64,000 bases of DNA from an uncultured Acidobacteriota bacterium (GTDB lineage: Bacteria > Acidobacteriota > Thermoanaerobaculia > UBA5066 > Gp7-AA6), in contig CAVPRN010000001.1 of NCBI GenBank assembly GCA_963707935.1, positions 668,183 through 732,182 on the forward strand, written 5' to 3'. The translations under genes and the position numbers were made by a program. The first letter of the stretch is position 1, and each line of letters opens with the position of its first letter. Shown piece after piece: positions 21,897-30,944 of the stretch. The notes under the pieces are model-generated. The model saw nothing but the letters and a program-made list of their open reading frames with translations, ran no database searches and had not been told where the DNA came from.

Positions 21897-24611
21897 CTAC
21901 TTCTTCAGATCCGCGGTCCAGCCGAGGACCACGGTCAGAGGCGAAGAAGCGAGCTCGCCGACGTCGGTGTTGACCAGAAAACGCTGGCCATCCGGCGTGA
22001 CGTCGTAGCTGAAGAGGTCGCCCGAAGAGATGTGCTCGCGCCGCTGGACGCGGAAGAGAGGCTTCGCGACGTTGGCCTCGAACGTCGCTCCGAGCTTGAC
22101 GTCGGCCGACATGATCGAGCCGTCGGGAGCGGCGTAGAAGAGCTCCTTGCCGTCCCGCCGCCATCTCGGCTCGGAGCCGCCGGCGGTCGAGACCTTCCAG
22201 TTGCCGCCCGGGCCCGGGAACGGAGCCACGTAGATCTCCCACTTGCCCGTCTCGTTGGAGGAGTACGCCACCCACTTTCCGTCGGGGGAGAACATGCCGT
22301 GGCTGACTCCGAAGACGGGCTTGATGAACGGATCCGACTTGTGCTCGTTGTCCATCGAGACCGTCCAGAGCTCGAAATTCGTCTTCGCATCCACGACGCG
22401 ATAGAGGATCGACCGACCGTCGGGAGACCAGTCGGTCGGATACTTGGTCCGCTGCGAAATGACGACGCCCCCTTCGCTCCCGCCGCCGCTCGAGCTCACC
22501 TCGTAGAGATCGGGAAGGCCGTTTCGCAGCGAAAAGAAGACGATCCGGCTCCCGTCGGGCGACCAGATCGGGTCCGAGTCGAGGGCCGGGTGCGACGTGA
22601 GCCGCCGTCCGACGCCGCCGGAGAACTCGTAGGTCCAGATGTCCATGTTGCCGGTCTGGGGATCGATGATGTCGAGCGCCACGCGCTTCCCGTCCGGGGA
22701 GATGCGCGGGTTGCCCTGATTGGCCGCGGCGCCGAGGGTCCCGAGGCGCGCGCCGGTCCGATCGAACCAGGCGAGCTGGGAGATCCCGGCCCGCGCTCGG
22801 GCCAGGTAGAGAAGCACGCCGTTCTGCGAGGCCGCGAACATGGCGTTGTAGGTCTGCGGGAAGAACTGGATCTCCTCGGCGATCGGAATCGGTTCGCCGT
22901 GGATTTCGAGCTTCTGCGCATCGAAGGCCTGCGCGAGGAGGTTTCGCTCGCGGAAGAAGAGCAGGTATCCCGGGGGCACGTAGTCCATTCTCGAGTTCGC
23001 GTTGACGAGAAGCTTCTCCTCCTTCGAGTCGAGCGACCGCACGTAGATGCCGGTCCCTTCGCGGGGCCCGCCGAAGCTCCCGACGAGATAGAGAAAATGG
23101 CGGCCGTCGGGCAGGAAGAAGGGCCACCGGTGCGTGCTCTCGCGCCGCTTCGGGTCGAGCGCGGTCACGGGCTTCGGGACGCCGCCGGAGGCCGAGACCT
23201 GGTAGATCGGGCCGTCCACGACCGGCGCGAAAAGGATCACGCCGTCCCGATTCCAGGTCCCTCCCCGGTTGATCGGCGCGTCGCAGAGGGTCTGGGCCGG
23301 CCCGCCCGAGGAGGCGATTTTCTTCAACTTTCCGTCGGCGAAGAAGCCGATGAACGCGCCGTCGGGCGACCAGAAGGGGAAAGACGGGCTCTCCGTCCCC
23401 GCGAGCGGCTGCGCCGCGAGCGAATCGAGGGGCCGGATCCAGAGGAGGTTCCGGCCGGAGGAGTCGCGCGCGACGAGAACGGCCTTCGTCCCGTCCGGAG
23501 AAAGGACGGCGGCTCGCACGGCGGAGAGCTCGGGCAGCACGACGGAGAAACGCATCGCGCGGGCCGGTGCGGCCGCCGGGCGCCGATCGCGCAGGAGGAC
23601 CGCGCCGGCGGCGAGGAGCGCCAGCGCGGTCAGAACCCAGGAAAGCCATTCGCGCCTCCGGCGGCGGGCGGAGGCCGGCTGTGCCGCCGCCCCGGCCTGC
23701 GATCCTTCGGCGATCCACCGGAGCTCCCGCCGGACGTCGGCGGCGCTCTGCCAGCGCTCCTCGGGATCCTTGGCGAGGCAGGTGCGAACGATCCGATCGA
23801 GGGCCGGCGGCGTCATCGGCTGGACCGTCGAGATCGCCGCGGGCTCGGTGTGCAGGATCGCGCCGATCAGGGAGGCCTGAGTCGCTCCCGAGAACGCCTT
23901 CTTTCCGGTCGCCATCTCGTAGAGGACCGCACCGAAGGCGAAGATGTCGGTGCGCGCGTCGGCGTCCTTGCCTTCGAGCTGCTCGGGCGCCATGTACTGG
24001 AAGGTGCCGAGGATCGTCCCCGCTGCAGTCAGGTCCGGACTTCCCGCAACGGTCGGGAGAGCCGTCAAGTCCTTTTTCGCCATGGGATGTTGCCCCGCGG
24101 CCGCTTGCTCTCTCCCGGCCGCGTCAAGCGGCCGCTCAAATGCTTTGGCCAGGCCGAAGTCGAGGAGCTTGACTCCCGACTTCGTCAGCATCACGTTGCC
24201 GGGCTTCAGGTCCCGGTGCACGATGCCCTGCCGGTGCGCCTTGTCGAGCGCGTCCGCGATCTCCTGTCCGAGGCGCAGCGTCTGTTCGAGAGGCAGTGCG
24301 CCTTTCGCCAGGCGATCGGTCAGCGTTTCGCCTTCGAGGAGCTCCATGACCAGGTATTCGGTCTCGCCCTCTCGCCCGACGTCGTACAGAGCGCAGATGT
24401 GGGGATGCGAGAGCCGCGAGATCGTTTTCGCCTCACGCTCGAAGCGCTGGCGGACTTCGGCGGAAGAAGAAAGATGCTGTGGCAGAACCTTGATCGCCAC
24501 GGTCCGCTCGAGGCGCGTGTCCCGCGCCCGGTATACCTCTCCCATACCGCCGGCGCCGATGGGTGCGAGGATCTCGTAGGGGCCGAGGCGCGAGCCGGCG
24601 GCGAGAGTCAT
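21897..24611 (-). CDS. Ser/Thr protein kinase K2 with TM and PD40/TolB propellers
   Basis: Start MTLAAGSRLGPY at 24611 (ATGA overlap with the K3 stop); HRDLKPGN, DFGLAK, YMAPEQ; many SPDG repeats. Confidence 0.95.
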   Translation of the reverse strand: MTLAAGSRLGPYEILAPIGAGGMGEVYRARDTRLERTVAIKVLPQHLSSSAEVRQRFEREAKTISRLSHPHICALYDVGREGETEYLVMELLEGETLTDRLAKGALPLEQTLRLGQEIADALDKAHRQGIVHRDLKPGNVMLTKSGVKLLDFGLAKAFERPLDAAGREQAAAGQHPMAKKDLTALPTVAGSPDLTAAGTILGTFQYMAPEQLEGKDADARTDIFAFGAVLYEMATGKKAFSGATQASLIGAILHTEPAAISTVQPMTPPALDRIVRTCLAKDPEERWQSAADVRRELRWIAEGSQAGAAAQPASARRRRREWLSWVLTALALLAAGAVLLRDRRPAAAPARAMRFSVVLPELSAVRAAVLSPDGTKAVLVARDSSGRNLLWIRPLDSLAAQPLAGTESPSFPFWSPDGAFIGFFADGKLKKIASSGGPAQTLCDAPINRGGTWNRDGVILFAPVVDGPIYQVSASGGVPKPVTALDPKRRESTHRWPFFLPDGRHFLYLVGSFGGPREGTGIYVRSLDSKEEKLLVNANSRMDYVPPGYLLFFRERNLLAQAFDAQKLEIHGEPIPIAEEIQFFPQTYNAMFAASQNGVLLYLARARAGISQLAWFDRTGARLGTLGAAANQGNPRISPDGKRVALDIIDPQTGNMDIWTYEFSGGVGRRLTSHPALDSDPIWSPDGSRIVFFSLRNGLPDLYEVSSSGGGSEGGVVISQRTKYPTDWSPDGRSILYRVVDAKTNFELWTVSMDNEHKSDPFIKPVFGVSHGMFSPDGKWVAYSSNETGKWEIYVAPFPGPGGNWKVSTAGGSEPRWRRDGKELFYAAPDGSIMSADVKLGATFEANVAKPLFRVQRREHISSGDLFSYDVTPDGQRFLVNTDVGELASSPLTVVLGWTADLKK

Positions 24612-27265
24612 GGCTTCTTCAACGCCGCGGCCCAGTTGACGAGCACGTTGATCGGCTCCTCCTTCGAGGAGATCAGCTGGTTGACGACGAAGCGTTTGCC
24701 ATCGGGAAAGACGTCGAACTGCGAGTCGGTCGATTCGAAGACAGTGACCTTGAAGAGCGGAGCCGGGGTGCCCGTCTGGAAGGGCGAAGTGCCTGTTACG
24801 AACGCCGCCATGAGCGTGTTGTCGGGCGCGAGGTAGTAGATCTCGCGGCCGTCGCCTCGCCAGGCGGGAGTCCCGCCGCCGCGGTTGGAGACCCTCCACG
24901 TTCCGCCGGATTCGCGGAAGGGCCGAACATAGATCTCGTCCGCGCCGGAGACATCGGAAGTGTAGGCGACGTAGCGGCCGTCGAGAGAGAACCGGGCATT
25001 GCGTTCGTTGAAGGGTGTCGCCAGATACGGCGCCGGCTTCCGATCCCCCTCGAGGGGAAGAAGCCACAGGTCCTGCCGGCTCTGGGGGGTGCTGACCTCG
25101 AAGAGCACGTAGCGGCCGTCCGGCGACCACGAATCGGTGGTCTTCGCGGGCTCGCTCGCGAAAGAAATCTCCTCGCTGCCCGGCTGGTCGGCCCGCATGA
25201 TGTAGAGGTCTCCCGCGGCTCCCTTGCGGCTGGAGCCGAAGACGAGCCGGCTTCCGTCGGGGGACCAGATCGGGTAGTTCTCGTCGCTCGGGTCGAGTGT
25301 CGTGCGGGTCGCGACGTTCCTCTCGACGTCGATCACCCAGATATCGCCGACCGTGTTGCCGGCGGTTGAGCGTGTCGTTGCCAGTCGCCGCCCATCCGGC
25401 GAAAGGCGAGTCAGGTACCAGGGCGCCGGCTCCGCGAGCTTCCCCACTTCGTGCCCCTGGCGGTCGACCAAGACGGGTTGAGTCGTGGACGCCGCCTGCG
25501 TGTGCCAGCCGAGGGTGCCGTCCTGAGACGCCGAGAGGGCTCTTTGACCGCTCGTCGAAATGTTCGACGGGAGCTCCACCCCCAGCGGTGTCGGTTCCCC
25601 GCGAAGCTCCTGTCGGTCGATGTCGAGGGGCTGCGCGACCAGAGTGCTGCCGCGGACGAACACGAGATATCCGGGGGCTGCGTAGACGGGCAGCGAGTTG
25701 GATTCCGTGATGCGCTTCGCTTCGCTCGAACCAAGCTGCGCGAGGAAGATGTCGCCCGGTTCCACTCCGGTCGAGGGGGCGGAGTAATAGAGGAAGTTCC
25801 GTCCGTCCGGGAGAAACCAGGGCCACCGATGTGTCCCCTCGCTTCGCGCCTTGTTCAGAGTCGTGGCCGGTGTGACCTTGCCTCCCGAAGCCGCGACCTG
25901 CAGGAGAGGTCCGGCGAACGCGGGCGCGAAGACGATTCGGTCGTCGGCGCCCCAGGAGGCGCCGCGGACGTCCGTGGTCACGGGAGCAATCGATTGGGGA
26001 GATCCCCCCGAAATCGAGATTCGCTTGAGCTCTCCCCCGGCGAAGAAGCCGACGAACCTGCCGTCTGGCGACCAGAACGGGAGCTCGGCGCCCTCGGTCC
26101 CCGGCAGCTTCTCCGCCTTGGGATCCGCCAGCGGTCGAATCCAGAGCATCACCGCGCCGTCCGGCTCTCGCGCCGTGAAAGCCAGCCGCCTCCCGTCGGG
26201 CGAAAGCGCGAGGGTTCCGACGACGCGATCGTTCTCCGGCGCGGCGACTTCGAAACGAACCGGCTTGGCGTGCGAGACGGCGGGGGATTGTCGCCCGACC
26301 GTCAACCTGGCCGCGATTGCCCCGGAGAGAAGTCCCGCGATCCCCCAAAGAACCGCCTGGGGAATCCGGCGGGTTCGAGGCGCCAGAGCGCCTGGAGTAA
26401 CGATTCCGGAGGTCTCCGAAACGGATTGGAGCGCGAACGCGATGTCGCTCGAGGACTGAAACCTCCTCTCCGGGTTCTTCTCGAGGCAGTGGCGAACGAT
26501 GCGGTCGAGGCCGGGGGAAACGTTCTGATTGGTTGCGGACAGGTCTGGCGGGTCCTCTTTCAGGATCGACGCCATCGTCTCGCCGGCCGAGTCGCCGTGA
26601 AACGCGCGCTTTCCCGAGAGCATCTCGTAGAGGACCGCGCCGAAGGCGAAGATGTCCGATCGGGCGTCGGCCGGCCGGCCCTTGACCTGCTCGGGGGACA
26701 TGTAGCCGAGCGTCCCCATGACCATACCCGGCTCGGTGGCGGCGGCGGCGGTCGGAAGGTTCGTGACCTGGTCGCCCCGCTCGATCTCGGTCAGCTTGGC
26801 CAGCCCGAAGTCGAGGATCTTTATGCGGCCGTCTTTCGTGGCGTAGAGATTCTCCGGCTTCAGGTCGCGGTGGACGATTCCCTTCTCGTGCGCCGCGGCC
26901 AGGCCCTGCGCGATCTGGAGGGCGTATTCGATCGCCTTGCGTGCGGAAAACCGCCCGGCCGCAAGCTCCTCTCGAAGCGTTTCTCCTTCGAGCAGCTCCT
27001 GCACGACGTAGGGTGCGCCGTCGTGCTGGCCGATGTCGTAGACGGCCGTGATGTTGGGGTGGTTCAGGACTCCGGCGGCCCTGGCCTCCTGCTCGAAGCG
27101 GCGCAGGCGGTCGGCATCCTGCGAGAAAGAGGCCGGCAGGACCTTGATCGCGACCTCGCGCCCGAGGCGCGGGTCCTTGGCCCGGTACACCTCCCCCATC
27201 CCGCCCGCGCCGATCTGGCCGAGGATCTCGTAGGGCCCGAGCTTCGATCCGACGGTGAGACTCAA
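24608..27265 (-). CDS. Ser/Thr protein kinase K3 with TM and PD40/TolB propellers
   Basis: TTG start; complete Hanks motifs; SPDG repeats; uninterrupted 885 aa. Confidence 0.95.
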   Translation of the reverse strand: MSLTVGSKLGPYEILGQIGAGGMGEVYRAKDPRLGREVAIKVLPASFSQDADRLRRFEQEARAAGVLNHPNITAVYDIGQHDGAPYVVQELLEGETLREELAAGRFSARKAIEYALQIAQGLAAAHEKGIVHRDLKPENLYATKDGRIKILDFGLAKLTEIERGDQVTNLPTAAAATEPGMVMGTLGYMSPEQVKGRPADARSDIFAFGAVLYEMLSGKRAFHGDSAGETMASILKEDPPDLSATNQNVSPGLDRIVRHCLEKNPERRFQSSSDIAFALQSVSETSGIVTPGALAPRTRRIPQAVLWGIAGLLSGAIAARLTVGRQSPAVSHAKPVRFEVAAPENDRVVGTLALSPDGRRLAFTAREPDGAVMLWIRPLADPKAEKLPGTEGAELPFWSPDGRFVGFFAGGELKRISISGGSPQSIAPVTTDVRGASWGADDRIVFAPAFAGPLLQVAASGGKVTPATTLNKARSEGTHRWPWFLPDGRNFLYYSAPSTGVEPGDIFLAQLGSSEAKRITESNSLPVYAAPGYLVFVRGSTLVAQPLDIDRQELRGEPTPLGVELPSNISTSGQRALSASQDGTLGWHTQAASTTQPVLVDRQGHEVGKLAEPAPWYLTRLSPDGRRLATTRSTAGNTVGDIWVIDVERNVATRTTLDPSDENYPIWSPDGSRLVFGSSRKGAAGDLYIMRADQPGSEEISFASEPAKTTDSWSPDGRYVLFEVSTPQSRQDLWLLPLEGDRKPAPYLATPFNERNARFSLDGRYVAYTSDVSGADEIYVRPFRESGGTWRVSNRGGGTPAWRGDGREIYYLAPDNTLMAAFVTGTSPFQTGTPAPLFKVTVFESTDSQFDVFPDGKRFVVNQLISSKEEPINVLVNWAAALKKP

Positions 27266-27345
27266 TGGGCTCGCGCTCCGAAGCGCACAGGACGAAGGAT
27301 CAACGCGAGGACTTCGTCGGGAGCGAGGCCCGAACCGATCTGCAT
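27262..27345 (-). pseudogene. Decayed kinase 5'-end stub, 27-aa mini-ORF (MQIGSGLAPDEVLALIL...)
   Basis: 31/39 nt identical to the GSRLGPYEVLAPI codons of the 30488 stub; stop overlaps the K3 TTG. Confidence 0.7.
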
Positions 27346-27352
27346 GCGTCGG

Positions 27353-27709
27353 TCAGGCCAGCAGAGCCAGCCGTCCGGCCGCGGCGGCCAGTCGGCGATC
27401 CAGCGTCCAGAGAGAGGCGCCGGTCAGCGCCGCGGAGACGAGAAGGTGGACGTCCACCCAGCCCACGCCGCCGCCAGCGAGGTCGTGGCGGTCGACGAAC
27501 TCGAGGGCCTCGTCGTGGCTGGCGGCCTCCGCCCGCGGCATTTCGCCGAGAAGTCCGAGCACTTCGGCACGCCTCTTCAGCCGGCCGAGCGCCAGCTCAC
27601 CCAGGACGAACGGGTGGACGAGAACGAGCCCGTCGCCCAGAAGCGCCTCCAGCCGCGCGTTGCCTCTGCGCAGGTGATCGACCCAGACCGACGTGTCGAC
27701 GAGGATCAA
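27353..27709 (-). CDS. vapC: PIN-domain toxin (VapC family)
   Basis: MILVDTSVWVDHLR, HPFVLGELALG, GWVDVHLL, LWTLD. Confidence 0.93.
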   Translation of the reverse strand: MILVDTSVWVDHLRRGNARLEALLGDGLVLVHPFVLGELALGRLKRRAEVLGLLGEMPRAEAASHDEALEFVDRHDLAGGGVGWVDVHLLVSAALTGASLWTLDRRLAAAAGRLALLA

Positions 27710-27924
27710 CGAGGCGCCCTCCTCGGGTTTGTCTGGCGCGCGCGCCGCCGGGGCGCGCGGCGCAGCTCCCTCTCCGACCCTCCGAGCGCGGCCAGTCTGC
27801 GCGCACTTTCACGCGCGATCAGCGCCTCGAGGCCGGCGTGGACCATCGCCGTTTTCTCCTTCAGGCCGGTCAGGCTCCGGGCTCTTTCCAGGAGGTCGTC
27901 GTCGAGGATCAGCGTCGTTCTCAT
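27706..27924 (-). CDS. vapB: VapB-family antitoxin
   Basis: MRTTLILDDDLLERARSLTGLKEKT..GLEALIARESARRLAALGG; overlaps the vapC start. Confidence 0.92.
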   Translation of the reverse strand: MRTTLILDDDLLERARSLTGLKEKTAMVHAGLEALIARESARRLAALGGSERELRRAPRRRARQTNPRRAPR

Positions 27925-27952
27925 ATGTATTAGTATGGCTGTTTAATATGCA

Positions 27953-28009
27953 TCAGTCAAACCGTGGCGAGGGCCATCGACTTCGGCGGGCTCCCGCGGC
28001 GAATGTCAT
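27953..28009 (-). pseudogene. Decayed kinase 5'-end stub (MTFAAGARRS...)
   Basis: 24/31 nt identical to the K4 start (ATGACACTCGCCTCGGGCTCCCGCCTCGGTC). Confidence 0.55.
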
Positions 28010-28062
28010 TGGCGAGTCCGGTTGGAGTGTATAGCGGCGCGTGACGCGGAGCCGGACCCATC

Positions 28063-30381
28063 TCAGCTCGCCCGCGCGGTCAGCGGCAGGGTCCACTCGA
28101 CGGGCGCGTCCGGCGCCACGCCGCCGGGGCGCAGACCCGGAGAGGTCTCGAGGTCGGACCAGCGCAGGCGCCCGTGGACGCCCCACGGGAGGAGGCGGAC
28201 GCGGCCCGCCGAGGGCTCGACGCGGACTTCGATGAAGCTCTGGAAGAACGGCGCGACGTTGTAGTCGAACGCGGCCGAGAGCCACTCGGCGGACCAAGGC
28301 CAGCCGCCGAGCCGCCGGGTCCAGAACCAGACCGGGCGCTTCCAGATCGGATTGTTGGCCTCGATCTTGGCGACGAGCGGCGCCGTCGAGGGATAGAACG
28401 CCCAGGCCGGCGCCGGCATGCGCGCCGGGTCGGCGAGCGCCGCGCCGATGCTCAGGTAGGCGCCGCCGCCGCCGTTGACCAGGTGGTGCATCGGCGGGCG
28501 CCCCGCGGCGCCCGGCTCCCGGTAGTACTCGAGATCGTGCGTGTCGCCGGCCATGGCCAGGGGAACGCCGCGCTCACGCAGCAGGCGGTGGAGCCCCGCG
28601 AACTCCTCGTTGGCGGCGCCCTGGAATTGCCCGACGGCGTAGAACGGATGGCCGAGGAGCGCCAGCGTGAACTTGCCGCGCGCCGCGTCGAGCGCCGCTT
28701 CGAGCCACGCGAGCTCGGCGCGGTCGACCGCCCGGCGCACGCCCGTGTCGACCGCGATCAGGGCGAAGTCGGGAGTCTGAATCTGGAAATAGGGCGCCTG
28801 CTGGAAGCCGGTCGGCACGCCGTACTCCGCGCGCAGCCGTGCCGCCTGGCCGACCAGCTCTTCGACCTTTTCGGCGGTGGTCGCGGTCAGACCGTTGTCG
28901 GCCTCCACGCGAGCGCGCAGCGCGGTGCGCGCCGCCTCGGGCGTGAAGAAGGTCGCCACGAAGCCTTCGAGCGCGTCGTACCAGTCGTGGTTGCCGGGGA
29001 TCGCGTAGACCGGCTTCTCGACACCCATGAAGGGCAGCCAGAACTTCCTCTCGTAATCCTTCATCTCGCCCGAGGGGTAGATGACGTCGGAAGAGACGAT
29101 GACGAACTTCACCTCGGCCTGGGCGGCGGCGGCCAGCAGCGAGCGGCGCAGCACGTGCTGGGACGCGTCGCCCTCGCCGGTGTCGCCGACGACGACGAAG
29201 GCGAAGTCGCCTGCGATACCGGGCGGAACGACCGCGAAGTCCGCCGGCCGCCCGGCCGCGCGCTCGCGCTCGGCCACGGCCGAAGTCATCGCCGCGCGCC
29301 AGGCGTCCGTGCGCTCCTCGGCCCACGAGTCCCAGATTCCGGCCGCCCAGTTCTCCGTGTCGAAATACCAGCTCATGCCCCAGACGGGGATGGTGGCGGC
29401 AAAGACCGCCGCGAAGGGCAATCCGATTCGCAGTCCGCGGGAAACGGCGGCGCCGAGCGAATAGCGCGCATCGCGCATTCGGATGTCGAATCGCAGGCGT
29501 CCGGCGAGCCAGCGCTCGACGAGCCGGCTCCGCCAGGATGCCCGCGAGGCGAATCGCCAGTCCCAGGCGCGCCGCTCGAGCGGGCGCGTCACCTTGCGCA
29601 GGACCAGACGCGCCGGCATCACGAGGGCGAAGGCCGCGACGAGGGCGACGACCAGATCACCCACCACGGCGACAACCGGCGCCACGATCCCCACGGCGGT
29701 GCGGTCGAGGCCCATCCGTCCGAGATGGATCGCGAAGAGGGTCAGGATGAGAACACGGACCCAGTGCCGGTCGATCGGCGAGCGGCGGCTCTCCTCGGCC
29801 TCCAGCCGCTCCGCAAGCGCGGCAACCTCGGGCCGCTCCTCGAGGCCGAGGTCGCGGACCACCGTCTCGCCTGCGTCGGCGGAATCGAAGGCCGGCGCCA
29901 TCGCGATGTTCCAGGCGGTCCCGAAGATGCGGAGTGCTCCCGCGATCGGGACCGCCCACGCCCCCTCTCGCACGAGAATGAGCAAAGCGACCACCGCGAA
30001 GTTGCCGAGGGCAGCCCAGCCGAGCGCGCCGAACGGGCGCCCGGCGCTCCGGGCGTGGAGCGCGCGCCTGGCAAAGCGCAAGCCGTCGAGCCCGAACGAG
30101 GCGGCCAGGAAGAGAACCAGGGCCCCCCCGGCGAAGACCGGGGCGTTCAGGAGCAGGAGACCCATGACACCGGTAATGGCGCCGCCGGCCCAGGCGGCGC
30201 GCTGGCCGGCTGCGGTCGAGCACCGGAAGCCGTGCAACAGCTCGAGGGCGGCCGCCACGAGCAGCAACGCGCCGACCCGCGGTTCGGGCGCCGTCGAGGC
30301 GCGCGGCGCCAGGAGCGCGAGGCATCCGACCGCCGCCGTCAGGGCAGCGAGGCCCCAGCGGCGTTCCGGTGTACCGCTCAC
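28063..30381 (-). CDS. Multi-TM (HdeD/DUF308-like N-terminus) calcineurin-like metallophosphoesterase
   Basis: GDTGEG, SSDVIYP, IPGNHDW, LGHP, AGDTHD motifs after many hydrophobic helices. Confidence 0.82.
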   Translation of the reverse strand: MSGTPERRWGLAALTAAVGCLALLAPRASTAPEPRVGALLLVAAALELLHGFRCSTAAGQRAAWAGGAITGVMGLLLLNAPVFAGGALVLFLAASFGLDGLRFARRALHARSAGRPFGALGWAALGNFAVVALLILVREGAWAVPIAGALRIFGTAWNIAMAPAFDSADAGETVVRDLGLEERPEVAALAERLEAEESRRSPIDRHWVRVLILTLFAIHLGRMGLDRTAVGIVAPVVAVVGDLVVALVAAFALVMPARLVLRKVTRPLERRAWDWRFASRASWRSRLVERWLAGRLRFDIRMRDARYSLGAAVSRGLRIGLPFAAVFAATIPVWGMSWYFDTENWAAGIWDSWAEERTDAWRAAMTSAVAERERAAGRPADFAVVPPGIAGDFAFVVVGDTGEGDASQHVLRRSLLAAAAQAEVKFVIVSSDVIYPSGEMKDYERKFWLPFMGVEKPVYAIPGNHDWYDALEGFVATFFTPEAARTALRARVEADNGLTATTAEKVEELVGQAARLRAEYGVPTGFQQAPYFQIQTPDFALIAVDTGVRRAVDRAELAWLEAALDAARGKFTLALLGHPFYAVGQFQGAANEEFAGLHRLLRERGVPLAMAGDTHDLEYYREPGAAGRPPMHHLVNGGGGAYLSIGAALADPARMPAPAWAFYPSTAPLVAKIEANNPIWKRPVWFWTRRLGGWPWSAEWLSAAFDYNVAPFFQSFIEVRVEPSAGRVRLLPWGVHGRLRWSDLETSPGLRPGGVAPDAPVEWTLPLTARAS

Positions 30382-30488
30382 CGCCCCGGCCCGGCGGACC
30401 AGTCGCGATAGACCTCGCCCATGCTGCCGGCGCCGATCGGCGCGAGGACCTCGTAGGGACCGAGGCGGGAGCCGGCCGCGAGCGTCAT
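30378..30488 (-). pseudogene. Kinase 5'-end stub, 36-aa mini-ORF MTLAAGSRLGPYEVLAPIGAGSMGEVYRDWSAGPGR
   Basis: 26/28 aa identical to the K2 N-terminus, then abrupt divergence; stop overlaps the GTG of the phosphoesterase. Confidence 0.9.
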
Positions 30489-30507
30489 CTTCGCGTCACC
30501 GGAGAGT

Positions 30508-30545
30508 CCCCTCACCCCGGCCCTCTCCCCGAGGGGGAGAGGGAG
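30508..30545. repeat. REP-like hairpin (CCCTCACCCCGGCCCTCTCCCC..GGGGAGAGGG), copy 2
   Basis: Matches 7502-7540 in inverted orientation. Confidence 0.8.
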
Positions 30546-30601
30546 AAGTGGCCGATCGGGGCCGATTGGGAGCGGCATCGGTTGGTGCCGCCGGATTCTA
30601 T

Positions 30602-30631
30602 CGGGGGCGGGGCGACTTCGCCCCACCCCCG
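30602..30631. terminator. GC-rich hairpin, possible terminator of the lost S41 gene
   Basis: cgggggcggggcga-ct-tcgccccacccccg; no clear U-tract. Confidence 0.4.
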
Positions 30632-30638
30632 CCGTCGC

Positions 30639-30798
30639 CTACTGGGTCGGCACGAGGGGCCCGCGGGACGATCAGCGGCTTCGGCGCCAGGTCCCGCGGA
30701 TCCTTCGCGATCTTCGCGAGGAGGTCCCGGATCGCCCACTCCAACTGAGCGTCCTTGCCCGAGAGGAATCCTCCGGGGGGGAGGTCGAGCTCGACGGG
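30639..30798 (-). pseudogene. C-terminal remnant of a tricorn-like S41 peptidase
   Basis: Manual translation PVELDLPPGGFLSGKDAQLEWAIRDLLAKIAKDP.. fits the GxDxQLExAI S41 terminus; no upstream gene body. Confidence 0.6.
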
Positions 30799-30813
30799 AC
30801 GACAGCTCGAGAG

Positions 30814-30850
30814 CGCCGGGCGGCCGCACGGGCCACCCCTGCGCAGACGG
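30814..30850. repeat. Degenerate solo copy of the GTAG-REP arm seen at 51.6-52.2 kb
   Basis: cgccgggcggccgcacgggccacccctgcgcagacgg versus cgccgggcggccgcgagggccgcccctacagacgg. Confidence 0.65.
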
Positions 30851-30944
30851 CGGCGATTCGTGGAAGGCGTCTCTCGGCGAGCTCCCGGCCGCGCCGGATT
30901 TCCGTTAGGCTGTCGCGAAATTTGCGCCTCGAGAAGGGAGAGGG

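Noticed and set aside
21897-26348. 1483-aa ORF as a single protein
   Set aside because: The first 579 codons are an off-frame overlap of K3; the real start is MTLAAGSRLG at 24611
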